Shown piece after piece: positions 54,243 through 64,000 of a stretch of DNA of 64,000 nucleotides (position 1 is the stretch's first letter; every line of letters begins with the position of its first letter). Source of the DNA: Macrostomum lignano (Eukaryota); contig NIVC01002377.1 in assembly GCA_002269645.1 (NCBI GenBank), positions 115,596-179,595 of the forward strand, written 5' to 3'. Position numbers and translations under genes: made by a program. The notes beneath the pieces were generated by a model. The model did no database searches. It worked only from the letters and a program-made list of their open reading frames with translations, and had not been told where the DNA came from.

Positions 54243-54604
54243 CAGCAATCCATTCTGTTCCTGCATCCATGTATTGGCTAGATTAGCAATCCATTCTATT
54301 CTAGATTAGCAATCCATTCTATTCCTGCATCCGTGTATTGGCTAGATTAGCAATCCATTCTATTCCTGCATCCATGTATTGGCTAGATTAGCAATCCATT
54401 CTATTCCTGCATCCGTGTATTGGCTAGATTAGCAATCCATTCTATTCCTGCATCCATGTATTGGCTAGATTAGCAATCCATTCTATTCCTGCATCCGTGT
54501 ATTGGCTAGATTAGCAATCCATTCTATTCCTGCATCCGTGTATTGGCTAGATTAGCAATCCATTCTATTCCTGCATCCGTGTATTGGCTAGATTAGCAAT
54601 CCAT
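54243..54604. repeat. 41-bp minisatellite (GATTAGCAATCCATTCTATTCCTGCATCCGTGTATTGGCTA)
   Basis: About 8 units, one truncated. Confidence 0.95.
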
Positions 54605-55217
54605 TTCAGTTCATTTCATTAATGTCAATTCAGAAAGGTCAATCCCTAGCCAAAAGGAAGCATTATCTGAAGATTACAATCCACTGCAGTCTTAATGCGA
54701 ATGTTTTTTCTAATCTTGATAAGCGAGTCTCGTGACTGCTGATGATGAGGCGAAACAAGCATCATCAATCGAGGCTGCTGCGACATTCCATCCTCCGCCG
54801 GGCGATGATGCAATCCTTGATGCCTGCTTTCTTAGAAAGCCGCTGATGCTGCTGCACTCTCTCTTTCTCTTTCTCTCTCTCGCTCGCTTTGGCTCCATCA
54901 ACCGATCTTCCAGACTCTCCTCTAGTCCTCTTCCGCCTCTTGTCTAGACGGGCCGGCATGCGGCACAAACGATGATGGATGGCCCACCGCAGCCCCGAGG
55001 CTGCACGCATGCAGGAGGAGGCAGTCAGTGCCACGGCTTCTCAGGGCTGCTACTCACTGCCACCTTATCTCCTCCTCTCTACCCCCTCTCTCACTACCTA
55101 CAAGCAAGAGGAACACTGGGGATTCCTGCAGTCACTGCAGCTGCAGATGCTCTGACTCACGAAAAGGCAATCTGTCATTGTTTGTGTGCTTCTCTCAGCT
55201 CTGCTCACTGTGTGATA

Positions 55218-55646
<429 letters not shown>

Positions 55647-56299
55647 CCTTAGTGTCTGTCTGTAGTCCTCCGTAGCTGCACACACATTGGAGTAGCCATG
55701 AGAATCCAATGCTCTCTGCTGCCAGCAGTCCCGCATTCGCAGGCATACCTGAGTAACCAGTGCTCTTCAGCGTAGAAAAATGTGCAAACAGGAAGGAGGT
55801 CCGTCTTTGACAGATCCCATCTCACTCGCGCAGAAGTGTGTTTGCCATTACTCTCCCACCAGCCTCTCTGTTCCCCCCTCATTCTCCATCAGTTGCCGCT
55901 CCCACTCCAGAGTCCACTCCAAAACTCCGCATTGCCTCCTCTTTTCCTGGGGTCACTTGATGCAGCAAGAGAAATTGTTGCAGAGTAAACACTAACAGCC
56001 TCCTCCCAACCCCCTGATCGAATCAACAGGCAATTCTTTATTGGGGGGAACAGGCCGGTTAATGACGTCCAGCCATTCCCCCAGCGTCAGCCTCAGATTC
56101 AAGGATTTCGATGGAGCTTCAGTTTTCAGAGTTGTGCAAACCCTGAAGTGTTGATATATTGACTGAATACTGGTCGAGAGGCCCCAGCAACGGAGCACGG
56201 CACTCAAAGATTTTGAGCACAACAACCCTTGTCGCAAATGAGCGAAGAGATCAAAGTAAAACTGCCTCCTCAGGAGCAGGGCAGCTCAGCGGTGAACGC

Positions 56300-57855
56300 G
56301 CCCGACTCCCGTACATTCTTTTGTGGCTTGAGAAATGGCGCCCGACTCCCGCGCATTCTTTTGTAGCTTGAGAAATGGCGCCCGACTGCCGCGCATTCTT
56401 TTGTGGCTTGAGAAATGGCGCCCGACTCCCGCGCATTCTTTTGTGGCTTGAGAAATGGCGCCCGACTCCCGCGCATTCTTTCGGGGCTTGAGAAATGGCG
56501 CCCGACTCCCGCGCATTCTTTTGTGGCTTGAGAAATGGCGCCCGACTCCCGCGCATTCTTTTGAGGCTTGAGAAATGGCGCCCGACTCCCGCGCATTCTT
56601 TTGTGGCTTGAGAAATGGCGCCCGACTCCCGCGCATTCTTTTGTGGCTTGAGAAATGGCGCCCGACTCCCGCGCATTCTTTTGAGGCTTGAGAAATGGCG
56701 CCCGACTCCCGCGCATTCTTTTGTGGCTTGAGAAATGGCGCCCGACTCCCGCGCATTCTTTTGAGGCTTGAGAAATGGCGCCCGACTCCCGCGCATTCTT
56801 TTGAGGCTTGAGAAATGGCGCCCGACTCCCGCGCATTCTTTGAGGCTTGAGAAATGGCGCCCGACTCCCGCGCATTCTTTTGAGGCTTGAGAAATGGCGC
56901 CCGACTCCCGCGCATTCTTTTGTGGCTTGAGAAATGGCGCCCGACTCCCGTGCATTCTTTTGAGGCTTGAGAAATGGCGCCCGACTCCCGCGCATTCTTT
57001 TGAGGCTTGAGAAATGGCGCCCGACTCCCGCGCATTCTTTTGTGGCTTGAGAAATGGCGCCCGACTCCCGCGCATTCTTTTGAGGCTTGAGAAATGGCGC
57101 CCGACTGCCGCGCATTCTTTTGTGGCTTGAGAAATGGCGCCCGACTCCCGCGCATTCTTTTGAGGCTTGAGAAATGGCGCCCGACTCCCGCGCATTCTTT
57201 TGTGGCTTGAGAAATGGCGCCCGACTCCCGCGCATTCTTTTGAGGCTTGAGAAATGGCGCCCGACTCCCGCGCATTCTTTTGAGGCTTGAGAAATGGCGC
57301 CCGACTCCCGCGCATTCTTTTGAGGCTTGAGAAATGGCGCCCGACTCCCGCGCATTCTTTCGGGGCTTGAGAAATGGCGCCCGACTCCCGCGCATTCTTT
57401 CGGGGCTTGAGAAATGGCGCCCGACTCCCCCGCATTCTTTTGTGGCTTGAGAAATGGCGCCCGACTCCCGCGCATTCTTTCGGGGCTTGAGAAATGGCGC
57501 CCGACTCCCGCGCATTCTTTCGGGGCTTGAGAAATGGCGCCCGACTCCCGCGCATTCTTTTGTGGCTTGAGAAATGGCGCCCGACTCCCGCGCATTCTTT
57601 TGTGGCTTGAGAAATGGCGCCCGACTCCCGCGCATTCTTTTGTGGCTTGAGAAATGGCGCCCGACTCCCGCGCATTCTTTCGGGGCTTGAGAAATGGCGC
57701 CCGACTCCCGCGCATTCTTTTGTGGCTTGAGAAATGGCGCCCGACTCCCGCGCATTCTTTTGTGGCTTGAGAAATGGCGCCCGACTCCCGCGCATTCTTT
57801 TGTGGCTTGAGAAATGGCGCCCGACTCCCGCGCATTCTTTCGGGGCTTGAGAAAT
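56300..57855. repeat. 40-bp CpG-rich minisatellite (GAAATGGCGCCCGACTCCCGCGCATTCTTTTGTGGCTTGA)
   Basis: About 39 units; variation mostly at one site (TTGTGG/TTGAGG/TCGGGG); one 39-bp unit near 56840. Confidence 0.98.
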
Positions 57856-58539
57856 TCCCGCGGGGACGGGGGATGTCGTGCGATTCACAGCCCATGAGGA
57901 CCGCACACAGAGTGTACATGCCTGAGGATCAGAAAGTCAGGGCCGATGTACACCCTGGTGAGCGAGTGTATCAGTGCGTGTCTGCGTACAGTATTGGCGT
58001 GCTTGAATGCGCTCAGGAGCCAGCGGAATGGCCAGAATTCAATGCAATTTTATTTTGAGATACCCTGTCTGGCTTCGGTTAAATCTGCCACCAACCTGTT
58101 GTTTATTTTTGATTGACAACTTGTATAAAACTAACTTGAATAATTTCTGTGCCGTGAGAATATTTTTTCACTGGATCCCGCAGGACTTGTCAGTCACGCT
58201 GGCACGGAAACAGCTGTTTTAACAAAATTTTGCGAAAAGAATTTGTGAGGGTGAAAATATTTCAAAACTGTCAGTAAATTTTTTTTCAATCAATTTTTTG
58301 CAGATAAAAGCAGAAATTAAAATAACTGACAGAAGCAGAAATCAGGCGCCTCGGTACTGCTTCTTAATTCATTAGCATCAAAGCCAGCACACTGACTTAC
58401 TTTCACTTAAAAACGACAATTGTCCTCAGATAAATATAATACTGTAAGTAGAAATGCGCGATGTTACTTTTTAAGCAACCAGATTCTCTTTACTGTAAAT
58501 TAGGTCCAATATTTAAGATACTTCAGAATAAGGGGTGAC

Positions 58540-59573
58540 CGCAACACCTGAGACTCCTAAATGAGGGGGCCAACAACACCTGAGACTCCTAAATGAGGGG
58601 CCAACAACACCTGAGACTCCTGAATGAGGGGGCCAACAACACCTGAGACTCCTAAATGAGGGGCCAACAACACCTGAGACTCCTGAATGAGGACCCAACA
58701 ACACCTGAGACTCCTAAATGAGGGGCCAACAACACCTGAGACTCCTGAATGAGGACCCAACAACACCTGAGACTCCTGAATGAGGACCCAACACTTCTGA
58801 ATGAGGACCCAACAACACCTGAGACTCCTGAATGAGGACCCAACACTTCTGAATGAGGACCCAACAACACCTGAGACTCCTGAATGAGGGGCCAACAACA
58901 CCTGAGACTCCTGAATGAGGGGCCAACAACACCTGAGACTCCTGAATGAGGGCGCCAACAACACCTGAGACTCCTAAATGAGGGGCCAACAACACCTGAG
59001 ACTCCTGAATGAGGACCCAACACTTCTGAATGAGGACCCAACAACACCTGAGACTCCTGAATGAGGGGCCAACAACACCTGAGACTCCTAAATGAGGGGC
59101 CAACAACACCTGAGACTCCTAAATGAGAGGCCAACAACACCTGAGACTCCTGAATCAGGGGCCAACAACACCTGAGACTCCTGAATCAGGGGCCAACAAC
59201 ACCTGAGACTCCTGAATGAGGACCCAACACTTCTAAATGAGGACCCAACAACACCTGAGACTCCTAAATGAGGGAGCCAACAACACCTGAGACTCCTAAA
59301 TGAGGGGCCAACAACACCTGAGACTCCTAAATGAGGGCGCCAACAACACCTGAGACTCCTAAATGAGGGGGCCAACAACACCTGAGACTCCTAAATGAGG
59401 GGCAAACAACACCTGAGACTCCTGAATGAGGACCCAACACTTCTAAATGAGGACCCAACAACACCTGAGACTCCTGAATGAGGGCGCCAACAACACCTGA
59501 GACTCCTAAATGAGGGGCCAACAACACCTGAGACTCCTGAATGAGGACCCAATAACAACTGAGACTCCTAAAT
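58540..59573. repeat. 31/32-bp minisatellite (CCAACAACACCTGAGACTCCTGAATGAGGGG) with interspersed 20-bp deleted units
   Basis: About 35 units. Confidence 0.96.
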
Positions 59574-59991
59574 GATGCAGAAGTCACAAGCAAAAATTTT
59601 GAACTTCCAAGACACCACAGAAACTGCAAATATATTATTTATGGAGTTCACAACAAGAACAGCTGCAAAAGTCTGTAATATGAATTCGGTGCATTAACTT
59701 AAATCTAAACTGATTAATTACTTTAAGTAGGCAAGCTGAAACATGCTTAATATTTTGTGTGCTGTTATTTCACAATGCAAAGCTGTTATAGCATAAACAC
59801 CATTTGTGGTGAGTAGAGAAGTTGCAAAAAAAGTTAAAAGCAGCTAACATGATCCATAAAATCCAGGACAACAAACGGGACAACGAAACTACGAGCTAAT
59901 AATTGATTTATTTTATCTTCGAGCATGTGTCAACATTAATCAATAAAAACACATAAGTAATATAATTTCTTGCATAAGTAAGAAATAAATT

Positions 59992-61047
59992 GCCGCCATT
60001 TCCTCCAGTCATTTGATGACAAACTGCCATTCCCTCCAGTCATTTGAGGACAAACTGCCATTCCCTCCAGTCATTTGATGACAAACTGCCATTCCCTCCA
60101 GTCATTTGATGACAAACTGCCATTCCCTCCAGTCATTTGATGACACACTGCCATTCCCTCCAGTCATTTGATGACAAACTGCCATTCCCTCCAGTCATTT
60201 GATGACAAACTGCCATTCCCTCCAGTCATTTGATGACACACTGCCATTCCCTCCAGTCATTTGATGACAAACTGCCATTCCCTCCAGTCATTTGATGACA
60301 AACTGCCATTCCCTCCAGTCATTTGATGACAAACTGCCATTCCCTCCAGTCATTTGATGACAAACTGCCATTCCCTCCAGTCATTTGATGACAAACTGCC
60401 ATTCCCTCCAGTCATTTGATGACAAACTGCCATTCCCTCCAGTCATTTGATGACAAATTGCCATTCCCTCCAGTCATTTGATGACAAACTGCCATTCCCT
60501 CCAGTCATTTGATGACAAACTGCCATTCCCTCCAGTCATTTGATGACAAATTGCCATTCCCTCCAGTCATTTGATGACAAACTGCCATTCCCTCCAGTCA
60601 TTTGATGACAAACTGCCATTCCCTCCAGTCATTTGATGACACACTGCCATTCCCTCCAGTCATTTGATGACAAATTGCCATTCCCTCCAGTCATTTGATG
60701 ACAAACTGCCATTCCCTCCAGTCATTTGATGACAAATTGCCATTCCCTCCAGTCATTTGATGACAAACTGCCATTCCCTCAAGTCATTTGATGACAAATT
60801 GCCATTCCCTCCAGTCATTTGATGACAAACTGCCATTCCCTCCAGTCATTTGATGACAAATTGCCATTCCCTACAGTCATTTGATGACAAATTGCCATTC
60901 CCTACAGTCATTTGATGACAAACTGCCATTCCCTCCAGTCATTTGATGACAAACTGCCATTCCCTCCAGTCATTTGATGACAAACTGCCATTCCCTCCAG
61001 TCATTTGATGACAAACTGCCATTCCCTCCAGTCATTTGATGACAAAA
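59992..61047. repeat. 31-bp minisatellite (GATGACAAACTGCCATTCCCTCCAGTCATTT)
   Basis: About 34 nearly perfect units, ending ~100 bp downstream of the GPCR stop codon. Confidence 0.98.
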
Positions 61048-61150
61048 TTTAGGGTTTTTTCAACCAGAGCAATCGTGAATTTTGTAGTTTAATCGGGACT
61101 AAAAGGACCCCTGACTGCCTCTGTCCCAAATTCACAGGGGAGATCCTGGC

Positions 61151-62961
61151 TTAGAGCTCATCCTCTGAGCACTCGGGCAGCACTTGGCTCCATCTGGCCG
61201 TGGTTGCCCTTGCACTGTCCATCGGACAGGAGTCCTTCCCGAAGCCGCTTCCGTCGCCCTCGGAGAACTGCTGACTACTCGGCCAGTCGTCCTCCTCGGG
61301 CAGCAGGCTGCAGTTCCGGAAATTGTGCCCCTCCGACGCCTCCGAGTTGCCTTCGTTGTCGACGTCGTGCGAAGCCGCCGCCGCCTCCCGGTGCACCAGC
61401 ACGTCTGTCGTGCTCGCCGACGAGTCCGTGTTGCAGACAGTCGCCGACAGCGCTGTCTCCTGTCGCAGTTGGTTCTTCTTCGGCTTGCTGTCCAACGCCG
61501 TGGACGAAGTGCCCGAACCGCCCGTGCCGGCCGTCTTCGCGTTTCGCACCGCCACGGCGTGTTGTCGATCCGTGGTGGCCCCGGTTGTGCCGCCGACGCC
61601 GCCGCCGCCTCCAGCAGGCCGGCCGCCGGGGCGATGCCGGTGGTGTCTCGGCCTGGTGACGTAGCTCAGCATTCGGGTGAAGTTCTTTTGCCTGCAGTGC
61701 AGCAGGCTGGCCAGCAGGCGGCGGAACTGCTCCTCGCTGATGCAGTAGATTACGAAATTAACAGAAAAATTGACGAAGTTCAGCGTCAGCGTGATGGTCA
61801 GCGCGTTGGCCGCCCAGACGTAGCAGTAGGTGCCCGACATGGCGTGAGTGACGATGTGGAACAGAGCCAACGGGAAGCTCAGCAGGATGTAGGTCGTGGA
61901 CACCAGGATCAGCCGCTTCGTGACCTGCCGGTCGATCTGCTCATCCGACTGCTGCCCTGACGACGAGGCTTTGCGCAAGTCGTGCCCGTCGCCGCGGCGC
62001 CGGAGCACGAACAGGATGACCAGGTTGCAGACGCCCGTGACAAAAAAGGGCACAACAGACAGCGACAGGACGTGGAACACGGCGAACGGTTTGAACACGG
62101 CGAAGTTGATGCGGCACTCGGACACCGGCTGGCAGTCCAGACCGATGCCCGGCGGCAGGAGGCTGTGCGGCGCCGTTGACAAGTCGGCCGGTTCAGCTTT
62201 GCCAAGCAGGCCGCTGATGTTGGCGAATGCCGCCGATGCTGACCGACTTCGGCTGGCGTTGCTGCGCTTGAAGGACGGCGGGGTGGCGAGCTCTGACAGC
62301 AGCCCCGAGTGCGGCTGCTCGGCCTCGCCAGGGTACACGAATCCGAAGTGGCTGTGAGTCGGCTGGGTGCCGTTGTTCCCATCGACGAAGACTGTCTCGC
62401 TGACGCTGCCGCCGACGCCGCCGTCCGTCTGGTTGCTGTCGATGTCGCGTCCTCCGCTTTCGCACTTGGCATTGCTGAGCAACTCGTCCGAGTAGACGGT
62501 CTCGCCAGTGTCGTTCCGGTACAGCCGGCTGGGATGGTTGACCACGTAGCGCCGGAAGCTGAACAGCGCCGGGGAGGACAGCAGGCAGCTGGACACGACC
62601 AGGCAGGCCACGGCGATGCGCGCCTTGCGCAGCGTGAGCCGTCGAGACCAGCGGAACGGATTCACCAGGACCAGGGCGCGCTCGATGCTGAAGAACACGA
62701 TGATGTACACTGAGACCATGATCGCCGAGTAAGTGATGAACATGCGGATGTTGCAGGCGGGAAACGAGTTCACCAGCATGGACACCGGGTTCAGCGGGCT
62801 TAGGTGAATGGCTGGGCGGAGCATCATCTGCATGGAGGTGAGTAGTGCATTGAACACCAGAGCGAAGCAGTCGGCAACAGCCAGCGCCCGAAGATAGAAA
62901 GTGCTGGACTGGTTCCGGCGGCTCTTGTCGTAGCCCAGAATCATGAAGGACATGGTGTTGC
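61151..62961 (-). CDS. Rhodopsin-class (class A) peptide GPCR, FMRFamide/myosuppressin-receptor-like; exon covering end of TM1 to C-terminus
   Basis: GNTMSFMIL (TM1 end), YLRALAVAD (TM2), Cys at top of TM3, SIERALVL (E/DRY variant), hydrophobic TM4-TM6, NFSVNFVIYC (NFxxY-type TM7), helix 8 FRRLL. Acceptor CTCGCAG ending 62962 (phase 1 within Gly of GN); TAA 61153-61151. Upstream exon not found in the window. Confidence 0.9.
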
Positions 62962-63002
62962 CTGCGAGACGGGATGCTTGGGTTTCAGTGGCGCTTGCGG
63001 CC

Positions 63003-63960
63003 CTGCCCCTCTGCACCCGACTGTTGCAGCCACCTCACTCCCTGCCTCACTGCACCCCCGACTGTTGTAGCCACCACACTCCCTGCCCCTCTTCCCCTGA
63101 CTGTTGCAGCCACCTCACTCCCTGCCTCACTGCACCCCGACTGTTGCAGCCACCACACTCCCTGCCCCTCTTCCCCCTGACTGTTGCAGCCACCTCACTC
63201 CCTCCCCCTCTGCACCCCCAACTGTTGCAGCCACCCACTCCTTGCCCCACTGCACCCCCGACTGTTGCAGCCACCCCACTCCTTGCCCCACTGCACCCCC
63301 CGACTGTTGCAGCCACCACACTCCCTGCCCCTCTTCCCCCTGACTGTTGCAGCCACCTCACTCTCTGCCTCACTGCACACCCGACTGTTGCAGCCACCAC
63401 ACTCCCTGCCCTCTTCCCCCTGACTGTTGCAGCCACCTCACTCTCTGCCTCACTGCACCCCCGGCTGTTGCAGCCACCTGACTCCCTCCCACTCTGCACC
63501 CCGACTATTGCAGCCACCTCACTCCCTGCCCCTCTGCACCCCCGACTATTGCAGCCACCTGACTCCCTCCCCCTCTGCACCCCCGACTATTGCAGCCACC
63601 TCACTCCCTGCCCCTCTGCACCCCCGACTGTTGCAGCCACCACACTCCCTGCCCCTCTTCCCCCTGACTGTTGCAGCCACCTCACTCCCTGCCTCACTGC
63701 ACCCCGACTGTGGCAGCCACCTCACTCTCTGCCTCACTGCACCCCCGACTGTTGCAGCCACCTCACTCCCTCCCCTCTGCAACCCCGACTGTTGCAGCCA
63801 CCTGACTCCCTCCCCCTTGCACCCCAACTGTTGCAGCCACCTCAGTCCCTGCCTCACTGCACCCTCGACTGTTGCAGCCACCTCACTCCCTGCCTCACTG
63901 CACCCCGACTGTTGCAGCCACCTCACTCCCTGCCCCTCTGCACCCCCGACTGTTGCAGCT
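63003..63960. repeat. 40-42-bp minisatellite (CTGTTGCAGCCACCTCACTCCCTGCCTCACTGCACCCCGA) in GPCR intron
   Basis: About 23 moderately diverged units beginning ~40 bp from the acceptor. Confidence 0.95.
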
Positions 63961-64000
63961 AGCATATAAAAAGCTGGAAGCTGGTCCTGCATGAGCAAAC

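Noticed and set aside
54739-54760. CTGATGA...GAAAC resembling a hammerhead ribozyme core
   Set aside because: No helix II closing pair, and no helix I/III partner with a UH cleavage site.
56251-57919. Three 490-550 aa minus-strand ORFs
   Set aside because: Translation of the 40-bp array; a stop-free 40-bp unit is unremarkable and opens all frames.
57951-57977. HPGERVYQC resembling a C2H2 zinc-finger linker
   Set aside because: No flanking C-x2-C or H-x3-H pattern.
61184-62713. + strand ORFs antisense to the GPCR
   Set aside because: Shadow ORFs of a GC-rich exon.
62962-63016. 5' extension of the GPCR ORF (MQRGRAASATETQASRLA)
   Set aside because: It starts at a non-ATG codon inside the intronic repeat, is not hydrophobic as TM1 should be, and lies upstream of a clear acceptor.

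Overview
Eukaryotic (metazoan) genomic window. GC-rich coding exons sit in a background where, by hand tally, about 31 kb (roughly half) is ~42 separate micro- and minisatellite arrays. This style resembles the flatworm Macrostomum, which is an inference and not a search result. Three protein-coding loci are supported. (1) A minus-strand protocadherin with 7 cadherin repeats. Signal peptide, ectodomain and TM helix are in one large exon (32978-30202), which has a 1-nt frameshift near 32810. A probable terminal cytoplasmic exon lies ~15.4 kb away (14757-14428) and carries DSGRGGS, WIRS-like and PDZ-like motifs. (2) The main exon of a minus-strand rhodopsin-class peptide GPCR (62961-61151) with an unusually long (~150 aa) second extracellular loop; its N-terminus/TM1 exon is probably beyond the window end. 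(3) A plus-strand, probably terminal exon of an unidentified gene (296-835), possibly also frameshifted. The most striking non-coding structure is a ~7.3 kb inverted-repeat unit (43961-51308). Its two arms each consist of a (GATA)n tract plus ~0.9 kb of near-identical sequence with an internal minisatellite, and they enclose a perfect 13-bp G-tract array and a 1.4 kb (TATC)n. Most long ORFs in the supplied track are translations of tandem repeats and are not treated as genes. No rRNA, complete tRNA or CRISPR array was recognised.
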